DNA of 57,598 bases, from positions 87,940 through 145,537 of the forward strand of contig PS015068.1 of assembly GCA_048213135.1 (NCBI GenBank). The letters are read 5' to 3'. Positions 40,907 to 57,598 of the stretch are shown here, one piece after another. The first letter of the stretch is position 1; every line of letters begins with the position of its first letter. The DNA comes from Reclinomonas americana ATCC 50394 (taxonomy: Eukaryota). The notes below the pieces were generated by a model that saw only the letters and a program-made list of their open reading frames with translations, did no database searches and was not told where the DNA came from. The translations under genes were made by a program, and so were the position numbers.

Positions 40907-42957
40907 TTCCTCTCTCTCTCTCTCCCCTCCTCATCAATCCCTTGCAGGCAGTGACGATGACGATGATCAAGTGGTCCCAGACGACTGCTTCTACCTCGAT
41001 CCGGACGCTCCAGAGTCACTCAAGTTGCGCGCAAAAACACACACGTTGCGTGTTGAGAGGGAGTGCTTGCACTCATGACACTGCACAGATCATTCCAGAA
41101 GCCCTTTCTGTACCGTGCGGTCGTCGGAAAAAAGGGAGGCTTCCTGTCGAAGCAGTGGCTGCCGCGGGATGTGTGGGTGCATTGCGGCGCTCAGCGACTG
41201 CGCTGGCTCAAGCCGGCTCCCTCTTCCGAGGAACGCGGCTGCGTCTCTCTAGTCGGTGCCGTGTACGTTGTCGGCAGAACTCGCCACCATTACTGTGTGG
41301 GCATACGGCCGGCGGCGGCTGAGCGCGGAGCCACCAACAAGGAGGAGCACATATTTGGGTTCACCGCCAAGGCGGAACGCGCAGTGCTGCTCACCGCGCT
41401 CAAGTATGCGGGCGTCAAGCGGCTGCGCTCGCGTCCAGTGCTTCGCTCCGCTGGCGCTGCTCGGAGTGCTGCTTCGCTGTCGTCACCGGCCAACGCGCCA
41501 TCTTCACCGCGGCCTGCTGCGGACACGCGGGCATCATCTTTGTCACCTGCTGCGGTAGTGCCAGTGGCCGTGTCGCCGCGAGCGACACCGCATCCTGCTC
41601 CTCTGCGAGCGACGAGTGGCGGAGCCTCGTCGCCTTCGGCGCCAGTCGTGCACGTGTCCGCCACGCGGTCGCCAGCGGCAGCGGCCACTGCGCCGCCTCC
41701 GTCCGCTTATTCCACGCCTCGGGATCGTGATCGAGCACGTCCAGCAGAGGCGCCGCCGGTGGCTCCCACGCCACCGCGTCGCAACACTGCCGAGTCGTTG
41801 CTCCCACCGCCACCCGTGTCGCCGGAAGTCGGGCGCTACGACGCGCAGTACGAGATTGAGCGAACGCGGATTTTTGCAGAGATGGAGGTGGCCGATCGCG
41901 AGTTTGTTGCGCGTCACAACGCTGCCGCGCAAGCCGATCAGGCATACGAGCGGACGTTGGTCGCGAAGGAGACGGCCGAGGGCGAGGAGATGCGTGCGCG
42001 AGCCGCCAGTATTGCACTGGAGCGACGAGTGGAGGCCCTTCGTGCAGAGCTGCGGACGCTCATGGCCGGTTCGTGAATCGCAGCGCCAAGTCCATTCGCT
42101 CTGTCATTCCGTGCACTCATGCATGGATGCGCGTATTCGATGCAGAGCATGAGCAGAGTCGCGTGGTGGTGGTCATGGCCGGCGTCGAGGTGGAGCGGAT
42201 GCAAGCTGAGCTCGAAGCGTGCGACGGCAACCGCAAGCGCCAGCACATTGCCGCTGAAGATGCGATGAACGACTGTCGGCGGGGACGACGCGCTGCGGAG
42301 GCGTCTCTGTCCGCAGCCGTGGAGCGCGAACAAGTGCGGCTGCAGGCGCTGGAGTTGGAACGCGAACAACGTCGGCAGCACGAGGCTGCCGTCGACGCCG
42401 AACGAATTCGTCTGGCACGTGAAGCTTCGGAGCAGGAAAGGGCGCGTGTGCTCAGGGAGATGGAGGTTTGCCAATTACGCGCCAGTGTGTGTGAGTATAC
42501 ATCCAAGGTCAGTGCTCACTCTGCAGCACAGGTGCGCGAGGCTCAGCGTGCCGCCGCGGAAGCCACCGAAGCCAACCGATTGCGACTGGCCGCCGAGTCC
42601 GCAGAGGAGCACTGGGCCTCCGTTGTGCGTGCGGAATTGCAGACAGAGCGAACGCGCGCTGCCGAGGAGCTGGCCGCCCTCGAGTTGGAGGAGCGCGCGG
42701 CGGCCGAGGCCGCGCAAAAGCGAGTGGCAGACTTGCAGACCCACCATCATGTGCACACTGGCGTCGCGGTGGTGGCGGAGGAGGAGGAGGAGGAGGAGGA
42801 AGTGATCAGTGTCACTCCAGATGTCGATGCGCATACCGCCGTTGACGCCAAGAGTGACAGCGGATCCGTAGTGCTTGTTGCCGCGCCAGTAGTGACACCA
42901 GTCGCGAGCGGCGGCGGCGCCAGTGCTGACGACTCTAGTGAGCATGCGCAGCAGTGA
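38826..42957 (+). CDS. PH-domain protein with N-terminal 11-mer amphipathic repeats, a Pro/Ala linker and a C-terminal coiled coil
   Basis: Exon phases are compatible across the 39984-40721 gap. PH-like VGKKGGFLSKQWLPRDVWV...EERGCVSL...HIFGFTAKAERAVLLTAL, followed by E/R/A-rich heptads. Confidence 0.65.
40817..40902. repeat. (CT)n microsatellite, intronic
   Basis: Directly visible. Confidence 0.9.
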
Positions 42958-43019
42958 GTTAACCAACACAGCTGCACGATGATCACTATCTTGAGGGAGC
43001 ACCACATGAATGCAATCCG

Positions 43020-43412
43020 TTTTCGGACCAGTTTTCTTTCACTCCCAGCCACACGATCTCCTCTCGCATCCAGCTCCTCCACTGCTAAACAGCCTCGACG
43101 CCAACACGCAACCCCGCTTTGCTTGACGCAGACAAGCTTGCTCATGCAAAACACCTTTTGTAGCGTGGTTCTCTTGCAGAAATTAAACACCAGTATTAGC
43201 CATACACTTTTCTCGTGTTTTCCGTGACGTCTCAGTTCACTGTGCTCAGTCCTGATTATCATGCAGCTCGGCATCAAATCCGTGCTTGTCAAGAGCCGTG
43301 GTTTCTCAAGCAGAAACGCCAGCATCCGGCAACTCGACTTTTCTCGGCCGCGGGTTTTCCGTGATGTCTCAGTTTCTGGTGCTCACTCAAGATGGTGATC
43401 ATCGAGCAGCTG
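43020..43412. repeat. Dispersed repeat copy 2 plus an imperfect ~50-nt direct repeat (43220-43270 and 43357-43412)
   Basis: TTCCGTGA(C/T)GTCTCAGTT...GTGCTCA...GCAGCT occurs twice. 43020-43108 resembles 34931-35022. Confidence 0.6.
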
Positions 43413-43667
43413 TGTTGCTTTTTGGATTAGTAACGTTGTTGTAGATTAGTAAAGTTTTGTACACGTGCAAGCTTGTTCGGAAACGGTCGACGTCGCTGCA
43501 TGCCCAATCGCGATCCCCGGCTCAGATAGCACATCATTGCCTTATCATCCATCCATCCATTGTCTGCACGCAACAAGACGTCGACGGAAGCTTGCCGGAT
43601 TTCAATGGAAAACCCGCCAGAACAAGTCCCGTCCCACAGAAGTCGACTTTGCAACCACACACAACGA

Positions 43668-46421
<2,754 letters not shown>

Positions 46422-46565
46422 CACCACCCCACGTGATGGTGGTCTCTCGCAACTCACGCAAGCGAGGTTTTTGCATTGAAAAATTCACACAATCTAATCA
46501 CTTCTTTTCATTTCCCCCAAACAAGCATTATACACACACATTGATTCCTCACTGCTTTTCTCTTG

Positions 46566-49500
46566 TTACAACACGACACACGCGGAACGCGGTCCACACC
46601 CACATCCACCACCCGCCATGTCGGCCTGATCGACAACACGAGATCGGTGCCGTATCTCGCGCATCGACTGCGTGGCGCTCGCACTCGAGCCGTTGTCGAG
46701 TCGATCCGGCGATCCGACCACCGATGCGTCACGGAAGGGCGGCAGCACCTCCGACTCACCGCCACGATCTTGTGCCGCAGAGTCACTGTTGCCAAGTGCC
46801 CGCTGCTCCTGCTGCCGCTTGCGTAATCTCAGCGCACGCACGTCGACGACGCGCGAAGCCTGCGACTGCTGGTGCTGTTGGTGGTGCTGCTGATGGTGCA
46901 ACGGCGGTGGCGCGGGCCCACCGAATGGGGACGGCGGCACGATTTCACCGAATCTCGGCATGTCCATCATATCCAAGCTGTCCATCATCAGCGGCGGCGG
47001 CGGCATGGCACCGCCTGCGCCCACCACCGAGTCAGCAGGATCAGCGGACGCTGCTGCACCAGAACCGGCCGCGGAGCCGTCGGGTCTTCGCAGAGCGTCC
47101 GGCACAGGATCGTCCACTGGACTGTGACTGGCTGAGCTCGAACCGACCGAGGAGCGTCGCCGACCAATCGGTGCCCCGCTGGCCACCGCACCGCGCCCCC
47201 CGATTCCCACCAATACAGCCCCTTCACCGGCCACTGGCGCCATGAGCGACGATAATGAATGTCGCTTCTCCAGAGCACCTCCCGACGGCACCGACATTGG
47301 TCGACGACGATTCACCGACGACGATGACGATAATGACGCCGCCGCTGCAGCAGCGGCCGCGGCCGACTCGAACAAGTCGGTTGACGGCAGTGTGTACAGC
47401 GCCTCCGCGTCCTGACCAACAGCAGGATTGTCGCTCCCACTGCCACCTCCAGCACCATTGTCAACCTCGTAATCGTCGTCGGCGTGTGGGCGGTAGTGCG
47501 ACGAACGACTCGAACTTGGTCGTTCACCCACAATGCCACTAAACACGCGATCCACGTCACCGGGCGATGGCGCACGCGGCGGCAAACGCGCCGAACCCAC
47601 GACCGCGCCTATACTGCGTGCCGAGTGATCACCGAGATCGCTCAGACAGGACGAGTAGCGGCGATGAGCACGTCCACCACCAGCACCTACAGAGACAACA
47701 ATGAGTTAGCATCGCGGTACGCAGTCAGCTGCGCCCTTATCCAGCTCACCAGCTCCCTGCTGCTCCGCATCGCGAATGTGTAATGCTTGTGGTCCAAACA
47801 AATGCACCAACTGCTCAGCGGTAGCATTCAACGCTCCCTGCTCGCTGGCCGCATTCGCTCCACTGCCGCTGGCCTGATATTGCATAATGTTGGGCGACGA
47901 CACACTGCTCATGACGCCAGCCATGGCAATTGGTGAAAACGAGTGCAGCAATCGACCCGGCGACTGCTGTTGCATGGCCGGTGGCGGAAACAGCCGTGGC
48001 GGCACAGCTCCTGTGAATTCGAGTTCCTCTGACGACTCCCGGTCGCCGCCACCGCCGCCGCCAGCGTCGTGCCCAGCTCGCGCCGACGCATCGCTGTCCC
48101 GGTCGCGCCCACTTCGCCGCCTTCTCTGCCCGCTAAGCGGTGGTCTCCGCTGGCTGCGGCTGGCCACAAAGTGACCATCGGCTGCCATCATCTCTTCTAC
48201 TCCGTCGTCGTCGTCGCCCATGTCATCGTCGTCCACATGCGGAGCCTCGTCGTCGTCCTCCCACACGCTGAAGCCGCGAATGGGTGGATTCTGCGAGGAG
48301 CCCGCGTGCGACGCCGTATCGGGTGGACTGTAGCGCCCAGGAGCCCCGGGACTCTGTGCGTGCACACACACCAAGTGAGCGTGAATACACACAAAGAAAA
48401 TACCACGCGGTGCGGACAACTGACCTCCGGCTGCATGTTCACCGACATGGGATACTCGAGCGACTGCATGACTCCGCTCGGCCCTTGCTGTGCGGCACCA
48501 TGCGCACCCGCCGGCCGTGGACTGGCGCTGCTGATGATGCGAGAACGCGAACCCACCGTGGCCGACATGGGCGAGTGCAGCGAATTGGGCAGCACACCTG
48601 CACACACACAGCTCGTCAGCTCAAAGACACACGCATGACACTCTACAAACCACCACCATCACCACACGCACCAACTTGACGAAAGTGCAACGGAGGTAAC
48701 CGCACGCGGCTGCCATGAGACCGCGAATGAGGAGCGGAGCGAATGCGCTTGGGTCGAGGAGGCAGCTGCTGCAACGTGCCGCAACAACAACAGCCAGTGA
48801 GAACCTCACACCTCGCACCTCTCACTCCAAACACACACATGACTCAACATTCTCTTTCTCGCCGCCCGACTGATGACTGGTGCGCGACAACGAGTCAAAC
48901 TCCTTGCCGCCGGCCAGTGGTCCATCAAACGCCAGCTTGCGATCAGTGGCACTCAGTCGCCCGCTTCCCCTGTCACTCTCCTGGTCTCCACCGCAGCCGC
49001 TGCCGCCACGAGCAGCCAGCTAACACAAACACGGTTGACATGAGACACAGTGGTGCGGGCGGGCACAGAGGAAGACGAGAGCGCAACTCTAGCTGCTGTG
49101 CTCGGGCTATCAGTGTACAAACGAATCGGCTCAAACATCTCCACTGTCTCCAGCTCCAGTGGCGACAGTGTACAGTATGGACACTCCAGTTCCACCTCTG
49201 ACTCGTCAATGTTGGCGGCGGCCGCCAGTGTGTCGGCACCTGACACACATGCGCAACAACAACATGAGGTGATATCCCGCGCGCATCGAAATCACACACA
49301 GAGACAGTGAGAGACACAACGTTGTAGGATTCCCATGGCGCATGTCTCACAGATGTAGTGCTTGCAGCAGCGCGTCTTGTAAATGTCTGTGAGCACGACC
49401 AGTGAGGGAGTTGATTGGAAGGGCCCACGATCAATCAATCATGACATTGTATGATTCGCTTGTTCTCTCTCTCGCACACTGGCAACCTCCCTCTTCTCTT

Positions 49501-49628
49501 GCCTTCTTCTCTCTCTGTGACTGCTGCTCACCTCGATAATACAGGAAACAAATGGGGCAGTAAAACTTGTAAATGGAGGCCTGCTCTCGTGTGGGAGTTG
49601 TCGCCAGGAACAGTGAAGGTGACTCCAT
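46566..49628 (-). CDS. RING-finger protein (GW2/DA2/Sip5-like RING) with a long disordered C-terminus
   Basis: Spliced YCPICFLYYRDIYKTRCCKHYICETC...ECPYC, followed by long Ser/Ala/Pro-rich open exons. The middle exons were not all resolved. Confidence 0.72.
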
Positions 49629-50072
49629 TGTGCTTTATTTCGCCCACCCGCACCACTCAAGTCAGAGAACTCACTCCAAATCAGGGCACGTCTCTTCCCC
49701 CCCCGAAAAATACGTTAAAAAAGCCGACGGTTTGAAGGCGAAACGGACACTTTGCCGACTTCACGGGACGTTACAAATTGGTGTTGCTGACATGCAAACA
49801 GGCTTCACCGCTGGTTGTGATGCTGATGGTGCACATAATGCCTTTTCTAACTGCAACGCCTTTTTCCTGCCGTCATTCAGGAGCGGCTGCTTTTTTCGCG
49901 ACGTCGACATTTTCGATCATCAGTGACCGCTGTGCAGAAGACCAGTGCACGGGCGTCGGTGGTCCGTGCAGCTGCACACTACTCGCACATGCATCCGCCA
50001 CGAGGCGACGTCTGTCTGGAAGCGAACGTGGCGGGAGATCGCGCGGACAAGTTGTTCTGATTTTCCGCGACA

Positions 50073-53000
50073 ATGAGCGGTGGTGGCTCCCTCCTCCTCC
50101 CGGTCGTCATCTTCTCCCTGAGTTACACCGCCACACTGTTGTCACCACATCGCTTCCTTTCTCTAACCCCCCCTTTCATCGCACACAGTCATCGGCGGCG
50201 TCCTGCTGTTGATTGTGTGGCCACTGGCGGTGTGGTTGCGAAGGCGAGCGGTGCGGCAGGTGCTGGCGCGGGCGGCCAAGTACGCAGCTCGTGAGCGACA
50301 GGTGGTGCGCGATGCACAACGCGGTTCCTCCTCGGCCTCCTCCTCCTCTCCTGTCTCGAATGGATCGTCGTCGCGACAAGTCAATGGCGATGCCTCTCCA
50401 TCATCTCCACCACTCCGTGATCGCCCTCCAGCACTGCCTTCTCCTTCTCCTCCTCCTCCAATAGAAGGAGGCAATGGCACTGTTGACGCCGAGCCACCGA
50501 AAGCGATGTCGCCTTCAGATCCGGATCGCATGCCGCCGCGTGCACCACTCAAGAGGGATCTGCGCGAGATGAACTTGTCGGGAGATTTCCAGGAGCATAT
50601 GCGTCGTGGTGCGTGTCGCGAATGTGCGGCTGCTGTGTGTCGCCTGGCTGAACATCGATCGTGCAGCGGATGAGTACGATCGGCTGGCGGTGGGTCCGCG
50701 CTTGGGCGATCGCTCGGTGACATGGAAGGAGATGATGCACGGGTGGATCGACTCGGAAGAAGCGAAACAGGGCGAGGCGGAGGTATTGAATGCGGATGTG
50801 GTGGTGTGGTTCAGCTTCCAGCGGACCGTAATCCTCGCCGTGCTGTGCATGATGGTGCCGGCGGTTCTGATTCTGCTGCCGGTCAACGCCACGGGCGACA
50901 GGTGTGACAGTGGAGAGTGATTCGTTGTGCCGGTGTTTCGCACACTCACTCACACTCACCACTGTGTCAGCATCGCCATCGAATTCCCGTCGAGGAACAC
51001 AACGTCAGAGTTGCGTGGCTTGTCGCAATGGTGATGTTTTCGTCTACTCTGACACCCGTCGCGCTGCGGCAGATACGAGTTTGCCATCACCACTGTGGAG
51101 AACATTGAGCTGCAGGTACCAACCGCATCGGCCCTGGAATTGTCGCCTGCATGCTGTTCTCATGCTTGTGCGCAGACCTCCCGCATGTGGGCTCCGTTCA
51201 GCGTGGCCGTCCTGGTCGTGGTGTTTTGTTTCTGGCGGTTCGACGTGAGTTCAGTAGTTCCGCATCGTCTGCGGTGAGTGCGCTGACGTGGCTGGTCGCC
51301 GTTTTTACTCCGACTCACCATTGAGACGGCACAGACACATTCTGCATCGGCCCGACAATCCCGTTCACTACCTGGCGAAGCGCACTCTGCTCATCGAGGT
51401 CAGCTCACGGTGCTTCCCCTTCTCCTCTGTGTGCCTGCTGACCAAGTCCGTGTGCACGTCAGAGCCTGCCACGGGAGAAGATTTCGGTGGTGCACGCCAC
51501 AGTCGAGGATCACTTTGCGAAGCGCACCGACCGTGTCAACATTGAGCACGTGGAGGTGAGAGTTTCACAAGGGCTGCCGTGCTTGTTGTGCACTCACTTT
51601 TCGTGCAGATTGTGCCGCCACTGCGTGCCTACCTGAAAGACATGAAGAAGCTAAAGAAAGAGGAGCAGGAGCTCGAGCGCGCCGAAGTGCTGTACTTGCA
51701 GGGCCGATCTTCGTTCATCCATCGCTTCCGCTGTGTGTGCTGCTGCTGCGCCTGCTGCGCCAAGTGCGTGACTCTCTTGTACAGCGCATCACGTGAGCAA
51801 GACTGATCTTTCTCCACAGAAAGGAGAAGCGGTTGGAGGATTTACGCGACGAGTTCAAGATGCGACAGGCCACCTTGCTGGAGTCGCAGCACGCCCTCAG
51901 TGGTGCACAGGAGGCTGTGGAAACGTGTGGTTCCCGCGGCTTTGTGATCTTCAGCAGTGCAGAGGTGGCGAAGAAGTGCCTGGCCGGCCCGCATCCATTT
52001 GGTGTGCGGCGAGCCATGGAGTCCGACATGGTCATCTGGGAGAACCTCGAGGTTTCTATGCCTCGTGCGTCCATCAGTGTGTGTGTGTCATTGACAGGCT
52101 GAGTGTGCGCAGGTCCCACGCTGGCAGCAGCGACTGTCGACCATCATCTGGCGCCTCGTGTTCATCGTCATTATCGTCTTTCTCACCACACCCCTCGCGG
52201 TGTTGACAACTCTCCGACAAATCGCCGGCTTTGATGTCGTCAGCAGCGTCATCTCGGGTTTGTGCGCCATGCTCTCGAGCTCTCTCCCCTTTATCCTCAC
52301 AGCCTCACCGTGTGGTATGCAGCGGTCGCCGGCTGGTCGCCATGGCTGGCGGCTCTTCTCACCACCTACGTTCCAGTCCTGTTGCTGTTTGCGCTGCAGA
52401 AACTGTTGCCGATATTCGTGCGGTGAGTAAGTCTACCTGCCTCGTGCTGCCCACCGCACATGGCAACTCACCAGACCCTCGTCCTATTGGCTCCAGTGCG
52501 ACCACAATGCAAGAACGACCGCTGTCGGCCGACTGGGCACAGGGCTCCATCATTTTCCGCACTCTGACCTACCTGGTCATCAGTCTCGTGTTTCTACCGT
52601 TGCTGGCCGTCAATGCCGTCTCCACTGTTGTCGAATCCACTCGGTGCGACCTCATGAGTAGCGCAGCGTGTATCTGCACGTGATCATGACTGATGTGTGT
52701 GTGGTTGCAGTGACGGAGAGAACTTGTCGACCATCCTCCGTGGAGTGTTTTCACCCGCCAGTGCCGTGCTATGTGAGTATAAGGATGTGTGCCGCCCCGC
52801 GGTGCGCTCGCTGCTGACAGTTCGTATCCGCGCGCCCCTCCAGTCATGGCATTCGTGCTGGACAACTTGTTCATCGAGGTGCCTGGCAACCTTGCGGAGA
52901 TTCTCGACAGCGTGCTGCTCTTTTGGCGATCGCGCAGTGCCGTGACGCCGGATGAGATGCGAAAGACCATTCAGCCGCTGGACTTTTCCTACATTGAGGC

Positions 53001-53836
53001 GTACTCGTCCATGTTTGTCACATTCGCCATGGTAGCAACGTACAGGTGTGTGGTGGTGTTGTTGTTGTTTTGAGGGCGATTTCTCAGTGGGTGGCTGACA
53101 CGGATACACAGCGTTTTCGTCCCTCTGCTGGTGCCTCTCGGATTCGCCTACTTTGTCTGCAGTCACTTTGCGCACAAGGTACTCCTCTCGTGATGCAATC
53201 CTCCCTTCTTCTCCCCGAGTGTGGCTCACGAGCTTCTGCGCAGTACAACTTTTTCTCCCGCATCTACGACGGTTCAGCACGGCGCACCACGCGATTCGAA
53301 GTGTTCACCACGCGACGTGTTGTGCGCACACTCACCACGTCACTGCATGTGATTGTGGTGCGTCTCTTGTCGTGCCACAAGTACCCCTCATCTATTTCCT
53401 CACATGCCTCTCCATTTTCTCGCGCGCGCAGCTTGTGTTTCTGTTTGTCTGGACTGGTATGTAGGACCTACGCTACTGTTCTTGTCTCCTGCACCACTCA
53501 CTCTTCTGCTTGCCTCTCTCTCACACGCAGTGTACGCCGGTTTCCAACAAAATGTGCCCCTGTTTGCCACCTCACTCACCGTGCTGGTGCTGGCCACACT
53601 GTACGTGCTGTTGTGGTACTGGTGGCGTTTCCTCCGCCATCACGGCGGCTCCTACGCGAATGCAATGCTTCGCAACGTTGCGTGCACCACCCGACGCACA
53701 GTCGTCTCTTCTGTGGACACTGACAATGGCGTGCACGCAGGGAGATGCCGCCACCGAGGCCGCGCACCACGGCGGTGCAAACGAGTTGGAGTGGTACCGC
53801 CATCCCAGCCTCCAACAGCAGGACGCTAGAATCTAA
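50073..53836 (+). CDS. OSCA/TMEM63 (CSC1) family mechanosensitive channel, about 17 exons
   Basis: LILLPVNATG, TTVENI, KRTLLIESLP, GFVIF, AMESDMVIWENL, FLTTPLAV, ATYSVFVPLLVPLGFAYF...HKYN and YRHPSL, all typical of the family. Confidence 0.88.
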
Positions 53837-54009
53837 TCCCTCCTCTTTCTCCCACCAAAAAATCCTCCCCTAATACTCAATTCGCAATAATAGTGACAAC
53901 TAGACTACCTACAATTCCGATCTGAGGCGGCACATGCATACTTGAGAGAGAGAGAGAAAAGAATGGGGGGCAAGAACACGCAGAAGGAGCACGAAGACTA
54001 TTGTTTTTT

Positions 54010-55447
54010 CTACCAGTCGTCCTCCTCGTCCGAGTCCCTTCTCGCGGCTGCACACATGAACAAACACACTCGTTAGACCATTGACAAATGACATGAAGTC
54101 GGCAAAATGGCGCGCAACTTGCACGCTGCACAATCGCCAAGTAGTCCAACTCCTCCTCTTCGCCCTCCTCTTCCGCTTCGTCGTCGGCTCCCACTCGTGG
54201 GCCGCGGCTGCTGCTGCCAGCGGCGGCTGACGATGATGATCCCCGAGATGACGAGCCGGAGCCCGACGGGCCAGCAGCCGCTGATGGGTCATCGTCCTCC
54301 TCCAGATCCGGCGGGCGGGCAAACACTCGCGGCTCATTCTTCCACTCCTCCAGCTTGGTCGTCTCAAACGTCTTGACTTCCTCGGCATTCTCGCACTCCG
54401 AGTAGCCCTCCAACAGCTCCTGATTCAGCGTCAGGAAGCCGTGGCCCCAGGTGAACTTGTTCAGCACGTACTCGGCCTCCTCCTTGAAATCGGTAATGTA
54501 GAGCGCGGCGGCCAGCGCCTCCACGCACGACAGCTTCTGCGGCTTGCCGTAGTTGACGGGATTTGCCGCAATCAGGAACGGCACTGCGATAGGGAAAGAA
54601 GTCAGCAGAGCATCATCGGCGCTCGATCCTCACACTCTTTGCCACGCAACGAATTCGCTCGTGATCGCCGTGCAGCTTGGAGAAGGGCACAGCGCGCAAG
54701 TTGGCCCAGCTGCAGTCAATCACACAGCATCCGTACGTGTTCACCACACGACGATCGGCCGGCGACACCACCTGCTTGCCAGCCGGACTGCAATCTTGGA
54801 GTCACACACGGGAACGGGAAGAAGGAAGGCAAAGAAAATGCTCACGCAACGTCAACACAACACCGCGGAACGATTGACCAATCGACAACTCGCTGAGCAT
54901 GTCCAGTCGTGCCAGCTTGCGACCAGTGCACTTTCTCGGATCACACTGACCCATATCCTGCACGAGGAGATGATGATGTGTAAGTGAGACAGAGAGAGCA
55001 ATGCATCGGGGCTCTCATCATCACTCACCCACATGGCCAACGGAATCACTGCCGCCTCCAACTCTGAGAAAGAGAGATAGAGGTGGGGAGAAGAGAGATT
55101 AGGCATTGGAGCATGGAAAGGAAGAAAGGGAGCTATTCACGTGTGCCGATGCACATGGCGACAACACACACACACACTCTTGTCGAGGAACGCACCCTCC
55201 TCGCCAAACACGCCACCCTGCCCGCATGGTCCGCTCATGATCTCCACGCCCTTTTGCTTCCGCTTGAACATTTCACTGTGCGTGTGTGAGAGAGGAGTGA
55301 GCAATGACCAGACAATGGCCGCTCACTTGTGTTCTCCCCCCCTCTCCCCGCTCATTTTGCTCACCGTCTGCCTTCCGAGCCCTTGCCTGTGCGCACTGGC
55401 GCACCGCGCTGCCCATCGGGTCCTTTTCCTCGACGACTCTTGCCCAT
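54010..55447 (-). CDS. TSR3: 18S rRNA aminocarboxypropyltransferase
   Basis: [63 protein letters not shown] and FTWGHGFL. Confidence 0.96.
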
Positions 55448-55710
55448 TGACGATGATTTACACAATGGTGACAATGGACAGTACGAGGCAAAGACTCGCG
55501 AGGAACGTTGCAACTTGTTTTTCTGGCAACGGTGGAGAGAGGATAGGAAAAGAGCACGTGACTCTCACGCACACGCACGCACACACGCACGCACACGCTT
55601 CTGACGTGAACGCACAGTAGATTGTTGCCCTGCCAACACACACACGCATACACGAACACACGCACACATACACGCACTTGTTCCGAGTTTTTCCTGTTTG
55701 ACCGTTGACT

Positions 55711-57598
55711 ATGGATTCATCACCCTCATCTGCGTACCACTTTGAGGCACCGTCGTTCTACGACTTTGACGCCGGCAGCGAGGGCGCCGGTGCCGACAGT
55801 TGGTTTGGTGCGTCTTGTCGTGCAGCGAGAGAGCGAGAGAGAACGCGCACAGACTTGCCTCACGTGTGTTGTTGTTGTCATGCACTCGCAGAAGGCAAGC
55901 ACGCGTCACCGGTTGTCGGTCATCCGCCCAAGTTGCGCCACGCCACACGCATCGTCGCCTCTTGCTACGTCGTGCGTGCAGTTGCTCACTCTCTCACGCG
56001 TGCAGGGCATGGACCGCCGACGGCGACAGCCACATGATTGAGCACGTGCCGGTCGACGAGGAAGAGGAGGATGAGGAGCAATTCGAGGACGGCACCACGG
56101 CCGCACCGTCAGCCGACGACAGCGTGCAGGTCACCGTCTTGTACGAGGCATCCGCCATCGCCACCACTACCACCACGACCACGATTGTCGAGTCGGTCAT
56201 GTCGTCACCGACTGTGACTCTGAGGGTGCCGGAGGTCACCATCAATGGATCGCCGCTCGGCAAGCGCCGTCACAGCGAGCCCGAGGAGGCCATGCGCATC
56301 ATGGACGTGGACATGGCCGACGATGAGGAGGCAGCTGCGCCGGCTGGTGCATCGGCCGCCGTCAATGCCACCGTCGCCGTCGAGTCTGGCGAGACCGAGC
56401 GCAAGCGCCGCAAGGTGCAAAAGAAGGTGAATTACTTTGCACACACATGTGCGTAGGATTGTGTCACTCACTGTGGTCTGTTCAGCGCCGTGTCACCCAA
56501 GCGCACTCGCCGATGCTGTCCACCAAGGCTCGTCACCGCTCGCCCAAGTTGCAGACTCGCGAGCAAGAAGAGATGAGCCGCATCGAGGCCGAGGTGGCCG
56601 AGTTGAAGCGCAAGCGCGCCGAGGAGAAGGAGCTCATGAAGAAGGTTTGGTGGCTCGTCAGTCAGCAGGGGGTTTGCCTCTCGACTGACTCCGCTCCACC
56701 GCAGGCTCTCGCCGGTCAGCCAGTCAAGGGCAAGAAGGAGGAGCGCCCACTGACGCAGCCGGTCGGCTTTGAGCTGCGCACCGACAAGCGCGTCAAGCCC
56801 GTACAGCCGGCCGAGCCTGTGCAGGTGATGCTCATTTGCACTGCCTCCTTCCCCCAAGTGTCCACGTACTCACGAGTCGAATCCCATCGTCTTCCGCTGC
56901 TTGTTTTTGTCATTCGTCGTTTTCTCTCCCTCGTCCTCTCTCTGCACACTCTTTCCTCTATGGACAGAATTCAAAGCCGGTCAAGGTCTGGCAGCCGCAC
57001 CAGAAGACGGTACCGGTGCCATTCCACCTGCACACCGACGAGCGCATCGAGACCGCGAAGGCCATGAAGGGCCAGCAGCAGCAGGATGCCAACGAGTCGC
57101 ACGAGGAGTACGTGCCGCTGGCCAAGCGCGTCGAGATGTTTGACAAGACACCAGTGCGCTTCCACACGACGGCGGCCAACGAGCCAGTGCCGCCACCCAA
57201 GTTTGTGCCGGTGATTACCAAGCCCAAGGCGCCGCACTTCCACACTGACGATCGCATCAGCAGCAAGCCACACCAGTTGCGCGCACGCATTCTCTCTCCC
57301 TGCTCGTTGTCGCGGTTCCTTCCCTTGTCTGACCTTGCGTGCAACAGCGTCAAGAGCCGCTCCGAACTCGAGGAGGAGGAGCTGCAGCAGCAGCAGGCGC
57401 AGCAGTTCAAGGCCCGCCCACTCAACCCGAAGGTGCTGGAGAGCGCCGGCGATCTGGGCGTGCCGCGCATTCACAAGAAGCCGCTGACGGAGCCCGAGGT
57501 GCGTTCTGCGTTTGTGTGGCCTGCCTGTTCGTTTTCCATGTGAGTGTGCTCATGTGTGCGACATGATGCAGGCACCGAAGCTGGCCACGGAGCAGCGC
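55711..57598 (+). CDS. TPX2: TPX2 spindle-assembly factor, 5' part (runs off the window)
   Basis: Aurora-A-binding-like N-terminus AYHFEAPSFYDF...ADSWFE, plus repeats LTQPVGFELRTDKR, TVPVPFHLHTDER, TKPKAPHFHTDDR and FKARPLNPKVL. Confidence 0.9.

Overview
Gapped draft-assembly fragment from a GC-rich, intron-dense microbial eukaryote. Introns are mostly about 55-100 nt and the genetic code is standard. CFAP206 implies a flagellum and NDUFAF7 implies mitochondrial complex I. From left to right: the CFAP206 3' end, then a ~21 kb minus-strand array holding 4 actins, 1 divergent actin-like gene plus 2 truncated copies, 2 serpins, and NDUFAF7 plus 2 internally deleted mini-copies. After that come TBCA, a MesA/Afi1-type DENN gene, two MAPKs, a hypothetical membrane protein, an apparently intronless acidic protein, a PH/coiled-coil protein, a GW2/Sip5-like RING protein, an OSCA/TMEM63 channel, TSR3 and the TPX2 5' part. 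The most striking signal is a second, abundant class of 5' splice site. About 22 independent introns start GTTGCG (also GTTGAGT and GTTGTGT), almost always after a non-G exon base, which looks like the organism's usual G|GTGCG donor shifted by one nucleotide. The actin array also shows loss of catalytic residues and of the D-loop, micro-exons, GC-AG donors and mosaic gene conversion. Three small contigs look mis-oriented. All gene models were spliced by hand and family calls come from remembered motifs, not database searches.
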